Positions 9,593-17,455 of a stretch of 41,276 nucleotides of DNA are shown one piece after another. Every line of letters begins with the position of its first letter. Position 1 is the stretch's first letter. The stretch is taken from positions 1 to 41,276 of IMG/VR virus record IMGVR_UViG_3300042691_018647; one strand, written 5' to 3'. The notes beneath the pieces were generated by a model. It was not told the origin of the DNA, did not search any database, and saw nothing but the letters and a program-made list of their open reading frames with translations. The stretch comes from a virus. The position numbers and the translations under genes were made by a program.

Positions 9593-9754
9593 TTTTTCAT
9601 CCCGCTTTTGTTCCCGAATCTCTTCGTAAGCGCGCTTCTGTTGATCGTGCAATTCCGCCATGTAGGCCTTGATTTTGTCCCTCTCGTTGTACGTTAAGGG
9701 GGTCAACTCGCGCCGTAGCCCTTCTGCAAAAGCCGTCCAAAGCCGTTTAATCAT
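9575..9754 (-). CDS. Small charged protein (59 aa), not in the ORF track
   Basis: My translation is MIKRLWTAFAEGLRRELTPLTYNERDKIKAYMAELHDQQKRAYEEIREQKRDEKCNKPL. ATG 9754 overlaps the upstream stop (ATGATTAA). It ends inside the attP arm. Confidence 0.5.
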   Translation of the reverse strand: MIKRLWTAFAEGLRRELTPLTYNERDKIKAYMAELHDQQKRAYEEIREQKRDEKCNKPL

Positions 9755-10223
9755 TAGCCTTCCCCTTTCCCGAATCCTTGAGCGCGCGGATGGCGTTACG
9801 CACTTCCTCTAAGGCTTCCTCTGCTCGCATAAGACAATCAGTCACTGACTCCGCGCCGTCGCCCTCGTAATAGGCCCAGCATGTCAATTCCGCCGCAATG
9901 CTGCGCAACTTTGCTTCGACCTTAGATTCCGCCTCTTCCAGCGCATCAGCGCGGGCGGTGGCGAGGGCGTCGAGCAACGCCGCGATGTTGTCGGGCGAGC
10001 AGCGGGCGATATGGTCTGCGTCTTCTCTTTCAATATAGACGTATGCGCCGAGGTTGAGGGCCTCGTCTAAAGCCACGACTTCTAAGGGGCTTTTAAATGC
10101 AGGGTGCCAGCGAGTAGATACTATTTCCCGGCCTAAATTCTGAACAACTCGCCACGGCCCCGGCGTTACGCCTTCCAGTCCGGCGCGCAGATCAGCGCGC
10201 AGCTTTTCAACATCAATGGTCAT
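9747..10223 (-). CDS. Ea22-like family protein
   Basis: TPGPW...(test region)...DADHIARCSPDNIAALLDAL is the typical ead/Ea22-like pattern. It is ATGA-coupled to the integrase gene. Confidence 0.75.
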   Translation of the reverse strand: MTIDVEKLRADLRAGLEGVTPGPWRVVQNLGREIVSTRWHPAFKSPLEVVALDEALNLGAYVYIEREDADHIARCSPDNIAALLDALATARADALEEAESKVEAKLRSIAAELTCWAYYEGDGAESVTDCLMRAEEALEEVRNAIRALKDSGKGKAND

Positions 10224-11269
10224 GCTTTCCCCTTATTCCGTTGGTGTTCGTCAAGCCTTGCGATAGCCGCCTCTGCCAGTGCTCGCGTCCGGCTGAGATA
10301 GACCTCTAGAATCCGCGTCGCCGATGCCAGCGAATGGCCGGTGATCGAGCAAATCTCCGGCACGCTGCATCCCGTCTCCGCAAGCATCGTGACTGCGGTG
10401 CCGCGCAGGTCGTGGTAGTGCAGATCGTCCTTGATACCGCTCGCCTCAAATGCCGCTGCCCACGCTTTCTTGAACGCATCGGCGCTCCACGGTCGGCCTG
10501 ACTTGCGCGTGAGGATGTAAAGCCCCCTGCCCTCGATGCCCTCTAGAATGCCCCGCAAAGCCTTCGTGGCGGGGATGTAGATCGCCCTGCGGCGTCGGGC
10601 CTTGGACTGCGTGACGGTCAGCCCCTTGCCGTCCCATGCGGCCCATGTGAGACGCAATAGATCGCCCTGGCGTTGCCCGGTGTGCAAAGCAAGCTGCATC
10701 GCCAATACGATTTCAGCCGGTGCGCTCGCCTCCATTGCCTCGACGTGATGCGGCAGCCAGATCAGGCTGGAGCGGTCCACACGATAGGCGCGCTTGAAGC
10801 CATGAAGCGGATTGTCGGTAATCAATCCACGATCCCGCGCCCATCCTAGAACACGCTGCAAAGCCGCTAATCGAGCATCAGCGGCGCGCGGATATTTCAA
10901 CGCCACACGGTCGCGCCAGTCAAGAAAATCGGCCCTCATTCGCGGATCTGACAGCGCCTCAATCTCGAGCGCTCCGTATTCCTTGCCAACAGCCGCTAGA
11001 TTGATCGCCATTATCGAGCGGGTGCTGTCTCGCAGCGCTGCCCAATCGGAAGACGAGCAAAACCGGTCGATCAAGCGAGCGATGTTGTCAGCGCCTTTGG
11101 GAGCCATTGCAGCTTCTGCCGCGCGCCACGCCTCAACAAACTCGGCGCTGGTCGGGTCGTCTGGCAACCGCGTGCCGGTCGGGCGGTGATAAAAGTGCGT
11201 GCGGGTGCCGCCGTCTGCCAAGCGACGCTTGATCTTGTGTATGTGGCGCAGTCTAGTTACCACGCGCAT
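10220..11269 (-). CDS. int: Tyrosine integrase
   Basis: Catalytic motifs are present: HTGQRQGDL (Arg), HYHDLRGT (His-x-x-Arg), ITGHS (His) and EVYLSRT (Tyr). It is adjacent to attP. Confidence 0.93.
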   Translation of the reverse strand: MRVVTRLRHIHKIKRRLADGGTRTHFYHRPTGTRLPDDPTSAEFVEAWRAAEAAMAPKGADNIARLIDRFCSSSDWAALRDSTRSIMAINLAAVGKEYGALEIEALSDPRMRADFLDWRDRVALKYPRAADARLAALQRVLGWARDRGLITDNPLHGFKRAYRVDRSSLIWLPHHVEAMEASAPAEIVLAMQLALHTGQRQGDLLRLTWAAWDGKGLTVTQSKARRRRAIYIPATKALRGILEGIEGRGLYILTRKSGRPWSADAFKKAWAAAFEASGIKDDLHYHDLRGTAVTMLAETGCSVPEICSITGHSLASATRILEVYLSRTRALAEAAIARLDEHQRNKGKA

Positions 11270-11444
11270 GACGGGCAGCCCTAAAGCGGTCCAAGGCGGT
11301 TACTGGCGTATCCTGCGCAGCAGGCGGCGCGGTGACAATCACCACGCGGCCGTCAGGGCCTATCTCGGCACGAGTGACCGTCAGCCCCTCTTCGCGGATG
11401 ACCCGGACGGCTCTACGCAAGCGAGTGGTGGCGCGCTCGGTCAT
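11253..11444 (-). CDS. Small integrase-adjacent protein (possible directionality factor)
   Basis: 63 aa, overlapping the int start by 17 nt. No canonical excisionase HTH was seen. Confidence 0.6.
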   Translation of the reverse strand: MTERATTRLRRAVRVIREEGLTVTRAEIGPDGRVVIVTAPPAAQDTPVTALDRFRAARHARGN

Positions 11445-11695
11445 GGCTTACCCGCCAGTCCGCAGTAACCCACTTCGTTGCGGATGTTCTCGATCTGCCT
11501 GTCGCCCTCAACGTGTCTCGAAAGCTGCGACACCCAGCGCCAAGCCATGCACTTACTGGCAATGCAACAGTCGGGAACATACGTGATGCCGACCTGATCA
11601 TTGTGCATGTCGTAGTTTGGCACACCTAACCGGATGTGAGGGCATATCTTCGTGTGCGCCTGCTCTTCCGTCAAAAAGCTGGGGTGATGGCTCAT
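11441..11695 (-). CDS. Hypothetical Cys-containing phage protein
   Basis: 84-aa ORF, ATGA-coupled, with a C-terminal GYCGLAG motif. Confidence 0.7.
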   Translation of the reverse strand: MSHHPSFLTEEQAHTKICPHIRLGVPNYDMHNDQVGITYVPDCCIASKCMAWRWVSQLSRHVEGDRQIENIRNEVGYCGLAGKP

Positions 11696-11904
11696 CTTTC
11701 AGCATCCTTGATCGCGGCGGCCTGTGCGTAAGAAAGAGACTTGCCGGCGGCTTCGCGGCCACCGGCCACGCATTTCATGCAGCGCACTTTCCATTTTTTG
11801 GGGCCGGTCCTGTTCTTCCAACGAATGATCTCGAAGAACCTTGCGCCGGCCTCGACCCAGCAGTTACAGTCGCCACATCGCCCGGGATATTGATTGCGCA
11901 TCAC
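11692..11904 (-). CDS. Small zinc-ribbon-like protein
   Basis: 70 aa with CGDCNC ... CMKC. Coupled overlaps at both ends. Confidence 0.7.
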   Translation of the reverse strand: MMRNQYPGRCGDCNCWVEAGARFFEIIRWKNRTGPKKWKVRCMKCVAGGREAAGKSLSYAQAAAIKDAER

Positions 11905-12236
11905 TTGCCCTCCGGTGGCATGGGGAGATGTTGCCAGTGGGTCGGTGGATTGGCGCGGCAGTCCGAAATGCTATGTCGACTGCCAATGGTCCAAATCCAA
12001 AACGGACGCGGGCGTTTTGAATACCTGTCACGGTCCCACCACCCAATCGCGCGGCGGTTTTTTCCCGGTATCCACAGCAATACGTATTCACCATGCTCCT
12101 TCGGCGCTGTCTCAATCGGCTGCCACACCGGCAGCGCGGGGAGGATCAAGTCATCAACGATCATGCCGACGCTGGCTCTTGAAAAACCGTCCGGCATCCG
12201 TTCGTAAAGCGCGTTAATCCATTCATCGCGGGTCAT
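11901..12236 (-). CDS. DUF551-like phage protein
   Basis: WQPIETAPK....VLLW ... PTHWQHLP resembles DUF551-type proteins. This rests on memory, not a search. Confidence 0.7.
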   Translation of the reverse strand: MTRDEWINALYERMPDGFSRASVGMIVDDLILPALPVWQPIETAPKEHGEYVLLWIPGKNRRAIGWWDRDRYSKRPRPFWIWTIGSRHSISDCRANPPTHWQHLPMPPEGK

Positions 12237-12943
12237 GGCTGCGCCTCCTGCGCATCAATGTTGCGGTGGTCGGCAACGAATGAATAGGCGGCAACCCACT
12301 GGTTGGCCTCCCACGCGGCGGGGCCGTTGATCAGCTCCCACGTTCGCCTAAATGCACCCGTGGCGTTCCAGCCATAAAGGAAGTCAACCCCGCCAGTCCA
12401 AGCACCGTGGCTCTCGTCATCGGGGTTATAATTCTGCACCATACCTTCAGCTTTGGCGTCTTCCTCGCTGATGTCCTGGAGCCGCTCGACGCGAACAGAT
12501 GTCACTGTCAACGTGATCCGCGATGCCCATCGGGGCATGAACCGCCCGTGGCGATAGCGGCCACGGCACCCGTCATTCGGTTCGGAACTATAGTCGGCCT
12601 CAAATGAGACCAAAGCGCCGCGCGGCACGTCTCGCGGCGGAAGGGGATCAAACCGCGCCTCACTTCGCCACGCCTCGCGGACCCAAAGCCGGTCGCCGAC
12701 GGCATAGCGCAACCCGCATGTCTCGGTACGGAAAGCTCCACCGCCAACGGCGGCAACCGAACAACGCACATATGCGTCTTGGTTGGACGCTGGCGATGGA
12801 ACAAAGGTGCACTCGACGTTGCCTTCAAAGTATCCATCTTCAAAGGGCTGTGGCTCCAGCAACCTCCGCGTCAGTGTCTTCCTGCCCTCAAGAATCGCTC
12901 GCACCATCGGGCCAGTAAATGGGATCGGTTTGTCGGCCATCAC
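12233..12943 (-). CDS. ASCH-like (PUA-fold) domain protein
   Basis: The N-terminal IPFTGPMVRAILEGRKTLTRR is the typical ASCH-type prophage motif. Confidence 0.75.
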   Translation of the reverse strand: MMADKPIPFTGPMVRAILEGRKTLTRRLLEPQPFEDGYFEGNVECTFVPSPASNQDAYVRCSVAAVGGGAFRTETCGLRYAVGDRLWVREAWRSEARFDPLPPRDVPRGALVSFEADYSSEPNDGCRGRYRHGRFMPRWASRITLTVTSVRVERLQDISEEDAKAEGMVQNYNPDDESHGAWTGGVDFLYGWNATGAFRRTWELINGPAAWEANQWVAAYSFVADHRNIDAQEAQP

Positions 12944-13269
12944 GCGGCCCTCTCTGTGTACTGGTCATCCCGATCCTCTCGAAGCCGATCGGGGTCTCGC
13001 TCGCCCGCTCGGAGCGCCTGTAGCTTGGCCTCGCCCTCGGTCGTCAGCGCATAGCCGGAGCCGCACAGAAGGCCAGTTTCGAAGTTAAAGGCCTCTTCGC
13101 GATAAATGAGACTTTCCGCTTTCAGCACGCGGATCATCATCCTCACCGTCTTTAAGTCTGCGCCCGGAATATCCTCGGTGATCGACCGTGCTGTTGACAG
13201 CCAATCGAATTGCGCCTCGCGCGTGTAGATCGCTTCAAGCACTTGTCGCTGAGAAATCATCCCTGCCAT
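12940..13269 (-). CDS. Hypothetical protein, possible winged-helix
   Basis: 109-aa ORF, coupled at both ends. Confidence 0.7.
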   Translation of the reverse strand: MAGMISQRQVLEAIYTREAQFDWLSTARSITEDIPGADLKTVRMMIRVLKAESLIYREEAFNFETGLLCGSGYALTTEGEAKLQALRAGERDPDRLREDRDDQYTERAA

Positions 13270-13619
13270 TTTGGCCCCCTGTCAAAGCCGCTCCATTTGT
13301 TGATCGGCCCGGTCGCGGCTCCAGGCTTCGGGATCTTCTTAAAACCCGGCCCTTTTGCCCGCAGGGCGCCGGTCTGGCGGTCGCGGGCCCTATCCGCCTT
13401 GCGGATGCCCTTGATGTCGTTTGCCGATTTTTCTCGGTGACAGGGCGTGCAGAGGATCTGCAAGTTGGCCAGCGTCGGCTCGCCGCCAAGCGCAGCGGGT
13501 AGGATGTGATCGCCCTCGCCCTCGCCAACCTTTAGGGCCGCGCCGCATTTCTCGCACCGGCCAGCCGCTCTGGCATGGCTGGCTGCAAGGATCTTGCGGG
13601 AAAATTCGAGCCGCTTCAT
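13257..13619 (-). CDS. HNH endonuclease
   Basis: CEKCG......GDHILP...GG.....NLQILCTPCHREK. The start at 13619 is ATGA-coupled to the upstream stop at 13616. Confidence 0.88.
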   Translation of the reverse strand: MKRLEFSRKILAASHARAAGRCEKCGAALKVGEGEGDHILPAALGGEPTLANLQILCTPCHREKSANDIKGIRKADRARDRQTGALRAKGPGFKKIPKPGAATGPINKWSGFDRGPKWQG

Positions 13620-14116
13620 GCCGATTTCCTCACTTCTTCGGGCGTCACGCCAATCAAGGCCGAGCACCATTCGAGGATGGCGGTCTTGGAGGCTTGAAAC
13701 TCGTCGCGAGGCATGGCGCGGCGGGATTGGGATTTGGGCCGCCGGATCACGACATACCCACCGCGCACAACCACATGGGCGAACTCCTCGGCGCCGCGCA
13801 CATAGGACGCAACGCGGAGTGCTCCGGCGTTGGTGCCGACATCAATCAGTTGCTCAGTATGCCAGCCGGTCTCGATCAGCGCGCGCTTGCGAAGATGCTC
13901 CGCAGTCGGGAAGTGCTCGGCCCATTTTTCGGGAAGGTTCTCCCAGATTGACCGGATCTCGGCGAACTCGTGCCGGTGCGATGCGTCGGATCGCTCTTCC
14001 TCAATGGCAAGCCGGTAAACCTGGCCGACGACAAAATCTCGATCGGCGGCCTTGGGCCTGAGCGGGATCATGGCGTCACCATCCCAGCGAAATGCGTGTG
14101 GCGCGGGTGCGGTCAT
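13616..14116 (-). CDS. Recombination-module hypothetical protein (DUF1367-like by memory)
   Basis: 166 aa, lying between the exonuclease and HNH genes. It carries an R....HR.EFA.I...WENLPE pattern. Confidence 0.7.
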   Translation of the reverse strand: MTAPAPHAFRWDGDAMIPLRPKAADRDFVVGQVYRLAIEEERSDASHRHEFAEIRSIWENLPEKWAEHFPTAEHLRKRALIETGWHTEQLIDVGTNAGALRVASYVRGAEEFAHVVVRGGYVVIRRPKSQSRRAMPRDEFQASKTAILEWCSALIGVTPEEVRKSA

Positions 14117-14117
14117 G

Positions 14118-14783
14118 TCACCCCGCCATAATCGGGTGGAGAAAGTCTGATGGCTTCGCTGGCCGGTAGATCCGCGTCAGTTCGGCGACGGTCGCGCGGA
14201 CCTCAGCGAGAAACGTGACAACCTCGGCTTCCAGTTCTTCGATCCGCCCTTGATCGCGTTCGACGCGCTTCACGAAGAGGCGCATCTCTTCTGGCATCCT
14301 CGGGTCATACGATACGAAATCGCACCATTTGGCCCCTGTACAGGCCATCTGCCATTGCATCTGCGTGATGTATTTGGCCGGTATCGACTGATCGAGCAGC
14401 GTCTCGATGTGCGTAGCGGTTGAGGGGCATTTGATCTCGACAAGCCCGTCCGGCCCGACAAGGCCATCCGGCGAGGCTCCGGTATCCGCAATCGAGTGAT
14501 GCGGAACGAAGCCGACTTCCTCGACCTCGGCGTCTCGCAGCCATGCATAGGCCGCGCGGGCGTCCGCTTCATTGTCGGAGCCCCATTGCATCGCAGCCGA
14601 TTTGAAACCTTCCGCCAGCACGCCGGTCAGCCTTTCTGCGACCAGCTCGGCGGCGTAGTTGGCGCGGCTCGCGCCCCAGCCGGTTTTCGTACGCGCGATG
14701 ACATCGGCCACGCGAGACGCAGTGACCTTGCCGCAACGGATGGCGAACCATTCCGGCGAGCCTTGAATAATCTGGTCAGCCAT
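14118..14783 (-). CDS. YqaJ / lambda-exonuclease-like PD-(D/E)XK recombination exonuclease
   Basis: GSPEW...R.GK.TAS, PDGLV...GLVEIKCP and QMQWQM are YqaJ-family motifs. It sits directly downstream of ERF. Confidence 0.9.
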   Translation of the reverse strand: MADQIIQGSPEWFAIRCGKVTASRVADVIARTKTGWGASRANYAAELVAERLTGVLAEGFKSAAMQWGSDNEADARAAYAWLRDAEVEEVGFVPHHSIADTGASPDGLVGPDGLVEIKCPSTATHIETLLDQSIPAKYITQMQWQMACTGAKWCDFVSYDPRMPEEMRLFVKRVERDQGRIEELEAEVVTFLAEVRATVAELTRIYRPAKPSDFLHPIMAG

Positions 14784-15516
14784 TGGCCTGAACCTTCTTG
14801 TTGAGTGCGCTCAAAGCCGCGTCAAAGCGATCGGCTGGGATTTGTGCCAACTGCTGCACTTTCATGAACGCGCAGAAGCGGATCGGGTCTGAACCCGTCG
14901 CGATCAGCAGATCCTGCAACTGGCTGATCTGCTCGTCTGTGATGAACGCGCTTTGCCCGTCGCGGTCGCGGTCCTGCTTGGCGCGCGAAGTGATATTCAA
15001 CATGTTGATGGCGAGGTACCGCTTGCCGTAAGACGTAGTGGAACCAACGCCTTGCACCGCGTTTTTCGACCCCGACATATCTAGCGGCAAAACCATTGTT
15101 GCCCGCTCAGAATGCCCGTCAATGTGTGAGAGGACAGCAGTCACGGTCACTTTATCGCCGTCAGCCCCAGGCCGAAACGACAGCGTAAAGCCGTGCTTTG
15201 TGAGAATAGGTGCGATGGCGTCGTTGATATCTTCCCAAAGAGCATAAGTTGATTGAACTTTGCCCGACTTGTCTTTGATCCCGCCCTTTTCATCAATCGT
15301 TGGAAGTTGCGGAGTCATGGCGGAGAATGCCGATTCATACGCAAGTCGAGCGTTGCGATCCTGCGCCCGCTCGTACATGTTGAGCAGTCTTTCCAGTTTC
15401 TCAACGTCGGTATTTGGATCAGCCGCGGCGCGGCTAATGACAGATATAATTGAAGTGTCGGCGGCAACGATTTGCGCCGTTGGTGCGGATTGATCAATGG
15501 TAAGAGCGCTTTTCAT
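14776..15516 (-). CDS. erf: ERF-family single-strand annealing protein
   Basis: Y.LWEDI......L..HGF... and GSTTSYGKRYL..NMLNI match the ERF pattern. The real start is ATG 15516 (GGAAGG upstream). The ORF-track N-terminal 146 aa are an Arg-rich out-of-context extension. Confidence 0.88.
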   Translation of the reverse strand: MKSALTIDQSAPTAQIVAADTSIISVISRAAADPNTDVEKLERLLNMYERAQDRNARLAYESAFSAMTPQLPTIDEKGGIKDKSGKVQSTYALWEDINDAIAPILTKHGFTLSFRPGADGDKVTVTAVLSHIDGHSERATMVLPLDMSGSKNAVQGVGSTTSYGKRYLAINMLNITSRAKQDRDRDGQSAFITDEQISQLQDLLIATGSDPIRFCAFMKVQQLAQIPADRFDAALSALNKKVQANG

Positions 15517-15680
15517 TACCGTGCTTCCTTCGCCTTGCGTGCCGCTTGTTTCATTTCCCGCCGCAGCTTTGCGACAACGGCTTGATGTAGCTTTGCTTGC
15601 CATGCAGCGACGGACTGCCGTTTCTCGCGCTTGGCGCGGATCACGTCGCGGATTTCCTGTTCGGATAGCTGGCGGGTCAT
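15516..15680 (-). CDS. Small basic protein (54 aa), not in the ORF track
   Basis: My translation is MTRQLSEQEIRDVIRAKREKRQSVAAWQAKLHQAVVAKLRREMKQAARKAKEAR. It has an ATGA overlap upstream and a TAATG overlap with the erf start. Confidence 0.6.
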   Translation of the reverse strand: MTRQLSEQEIRDVIRAKREKRQSVAAWQAKLHQAVVAKLRREMKQAARKAKEAR

Positions 15681-16009
15681 GGCTGGCGGTCCTTGAGGGC
15701 ACGGATTGCGGCGATATAGGCATCCCGGACCTCTGACGTAGACATGTCGTCCAAGTCATTTGCGCCCGTAGCCTCATCTGTCGACGAACTGTGTGCAGCC
15801 CTGACGGCAGAAATTGCATCTTCCAGCGCCTTCGCCCGCGCCGCATCGCGCTCGATCTCCATTCGGATGGCCAGCGCATGCGCTTCCCGCAGCTCTTTTT
15901 CGGCCCTTTCGGCGCGCTCAATGGCGGCGTCTTTCTGCGCCACCTGTTTAGCAAAAGCGCGGCTCAATTTAGAGCTTTCGCTTTCAAACTCCTCATATGG
16001 ATAGCTCAT
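15677..16009 (-). CDS. Coiled-coil hypothetical protein
   Basis: Internal start MSYPYEEFES at 16009. The protein is Ala/Glu/Arg-rich and helical in character. Confidence 0.7.
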   Translation of the reverse strand: MSYPYEEFESESSKLSRAFAKQVAQKDAAIERAERAEKELREAHALAIRMEIERDAARAKALEDAISAVRAAHSSSTDEATGANDLDDMSTSEVRDAYIAAIRALKDRQP

Positions 16010-16083
16010 GACAGCCCCGCTCCGATGAATGTGACGAGAAACACCGCGATGCACGCGGCTAGGCCTTCGATGTGCTCACGCAT
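16006..16083 (-). CDS. 25-aa hydrophobic micro-ORF (MREHIEGLAACIAVFLVTFIGAGLS)
   Basis: It bridges the two flanking genes exactly. Its ATG shares one nt with the upstream TGA (TGATG), and its TGA overlaps the downstream ATG (ATGA). Confidence 0.5.
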   Translation of the reverse strand: MREHIEGLAACIAVFLVTFIGAGLS

Positions 16084-16472
16084 CACGCGGCCTCCGCGTT
16101 CAGCACGGCGCGATCTTCGCGGCGGGTGTCTACGTCAGCTTCGCGGTAGTGCGCCCACGCGGCTTCCTTGATGTATTGGCGCGTGTCGTCGTGGCGCTCG
16201 ACGGTGTGGCTGATAATGTTCGCCGCACTGGAGGATGAGCCGTCTTCGCCCAACGAACCGATGGCGCGAGACTTTGCCAGCCAATAGCCGATGAAGCGTT
16301 TTTCGCGGCTGTCGTAAGCCCGCACGCGAACCTTCTCGATCCACCAATGCAGTTCGTCACCGTCTACCGAATAGCCAATCTCCAATTCGGTTTCGAGATC
16401 GCCGAACTGCAAGTTACCCGGTCCAAGGATCGGGATCATGATTTCAAGATCGAAGCTGTATTCGGTGAGCAT
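16083..16472 (-). CDS. Hypothetical early protein (129 aa)
   Basis: ATG 16472 has GGGGAA upstream (MLTEYSFDLE...). The ORF-track extension to 16688 runs through the hexamer array from a TTG. Confidence 0.75.
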   Translation of the reverse strand: MLTEYSFDLEIMIPILGPGNLQFGDLETELEIGYSVDGDELHWWIEKVRVRAYDSREKRFIGYWLAKSRAIGSLGEDGSSSSAANIISHTVERHDDTRQYIKEAAWAHYREADVDTRREDRAVLNAEAA

Positions 16473-16530
16473 GTCGTTCCCCGTGTTGCATGACGCCACT
16501 GCTGCCGCTCGTAAGCGGCAGGCTGTGGGG

Positions 16531-16674
16531 TCATTCTTCTTGACCGTAGCCGGAGCCGGAGCCGTCGCCGTCGCCGTCGCCGTAGCCGTAGCCGTAGCCG
16601 GAGCCGTCGCCGTAGCCGTAGCCGTAGCCGTAGCTGCCGTAGCCGTAGCCGTAGCCGTCAACCGCGATAGACAT
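16531..16674 (-). CDS. 47-aa Gly-Tyr / Gly-Asp / Gly-Ser dipeptide-repeat peptide, not in the ORF track
   Basis: My translation is MSIAVDGYGYGYGSYGYGYGYGDGSGYGYGYGDGDGDGSGSGYGQEE. ATG 16674 has GGGAAG 6 nt upstream, and there is a second in-frame ATG at 16692. It overlaps the stop of the upstream gene. Confidence 0.45.
   Translation of the reverse strand: MSIAVDGYGYGYGSYGYGYGYGDGSGYGYGYGDGDGDGSGSGYGQEE
16544..16660. repeat. Tandem hexanucleotide array, 19 units CCG(T/G)(A/C)G with one 3-nt interruption
   Basis: Units counted from the sequence: CCGTAG x12, CCGTCG x4 and CCGGAG x3, followed by a terminal degenerate CCGTCA. CTG is inserted at 16634-16636. Confidence 0.95.
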
Positions 16675-16942
16675 TTGCGGCTTCCCAAGCATTGGCGGCG
16701 GCTTCCGCTACGTCTGTGACCGATGTAACTTTTCGGGCTTCGAAAGTTTCGACAGTTGCTCCAATGCGGGCATTCTTAACCGGCCCCTCGCTGGCAAGGC
16801 CAAGAAATCCGCCCTGCTCAGAAGGCCAGTAAATGCAGTTGCGTGCGCGCTTGAGCGTGATCGTGTCGCCGCTCGTGTCGTCGGCATAGCCGAAGAAAAC
16901 GCCGCGATATTCCGTCGTCACAAGAACAGGTCGTTCGGTCAT
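16658..16942 (-). CDS. First gene of the leftward early operon, hypothetical (94 aa)
   Basis: GAGGGA RBS before ATG 16942. It lies downstream of the PL-like promoter. Confidence 0.8.
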   Translation of the reverse strand: MTERPVLVTTEYRGVFFGYADDTSGDTITLKRARNCIYWPSEQGGFLGLASEGPVKNARIGATVETFEARKVTSVTDVAEAAANAWEAANVYRG

Positions 16943-16974
16943 TGGTTTCCCTCATCGCTTCGTGCGATGGGGAT

Positions 16975-17003
16975 ACACTCGCATGTCGCGAGCGCGCCGT
17001 CAA
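16975..17003 (-). promoter_or_regulatory. PL-like early promoter, TTGACG-17 nt-GAGTGT, with an embedded operator
   Basis: On the minus strand the -35 is TTGACG (17003..16998) and the -10 is GAGTGT (16980..16975). The operator at 16978..16992 spans the spacer and the -10. The geometry is the same as the PR-like promoter. Confidence 0.6.
16978..16992. promoter_or_regulatory. Operator-like inverted repeat CTCGCA-TGT-CGCGAG
   Basis: 15-bp dyad related to the sites at 17012 and 17467. Confidence 0.6.
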
Positions 17004-17011
17004 TAGCCTTA

Positions 17012-17026
17012 CTCGCAAAATGTGAG
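17012..17026. promoter_or_regulatory. Operator-like inverted repeat CTCGCA-AAA-TGTGAG
   Basis: Second dyad, 8 nt upstream of the PL-like -35. Confidence 0.55.
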
Positions 17027-17086
17027 CACGTCGAAACGCCGCCGAAACGGCGAGGGAACGCCTGCGAACAATCAGGCAAATTTTAG

Positions 17087-17413
17087 TCAGGCTGCGGTGG
17101 TAATCCGGGCGATAATGGATTCAATGATGGCGCGATCAGCTGGCGAAACGGCGCGCATTCTCTCTTCAAATGTCGGCTGGGCAGGATCGCGCAAAAGATC
17201 AGCCGGTTCGACGCCTAACGCCCATGCAATTTCAGCCATCCAGGCTTCGTTCATCCGACGCTTGCCGTTCTCTAAGTCCGACACGACGCCGCTGGATGTA
17301 TCTAACCGATTAGCTAATTGCGCTTGCGTCAACCCTTTGGCCGCGCGCCATTCGCGCACGAACCAACGAATTGGTTTTGAAGGGCCGATCCTGTCCATGC
17401 CCATTTTTACCAC
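17087..17413 (-). CDS. CI-like XRE-family HTH repressor
   Basis: GLTQAQLANRLDTSSGVVSDLENGKR is an XRE HTH. The gene is divergent from the Cro-like gene and flanked on both sides by the operator dyads. The start could be GTG 17413, ATG 17404 or ATG 17398. Confidence 0.88.
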   Translation of the reverse strand: MVKMGMDRIGPSKPIRWFVREWRAAKGLTQAQLANRLDTSSGVVSDLENGKRRMNEAWMAEIAWALGVEPADLLRDPAQPTFEERMRAVSPADRAIIESIIARITTAA

Positions 17414-17455
17414 GGCGCTATGTACAATGCGTCATCGTGAGTGCGAGTGCCTCTA

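Noticed and set aside
9446-9697. 83-aa plus-strand ORF across attP, and the idea of a complete tRNA gene here.
   Set aside because: The ORF reads straight through the tRNA-derived segment. No 5' acceptor strand (CGGAGCG) or D-arm lies upstream, so only the 3' ~50 nt of a tRNA are present.
14776-15954. 392-aa ORF-track version of the ERF gene. The same kind of extension occurs at 5570..6598, 17371..17706, 17561..18265, 19715..20200, 20694..21155, 32005..32496 and 35092..35811.
   Set aside because: The N-terminal extensions overlap upstream genes or a terminator hairpin and are compositionally aberrant. Internal ATGs with an RBS or ATGA coupling give the biologically sensible starts.
16544-16660. 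Possibility that the repeat array is a CRISPR array.
   Set aside because: The units are 6 bp and contiguous with no spacers, and no cas genes are present. It is a microsatellite, not a CRISPR array.
16083-16688. The 201-aa ORF-track model with a (Thr-Ala)n N-terminus.
   Set aside because: It starts at a TTG inside the upstream gene and has no in-frame ATG before 16472. The 129-aa gene has its own ATG and RBS. The repeat is treated separately, but the Thr-Ala frame cannot be fully excluded.
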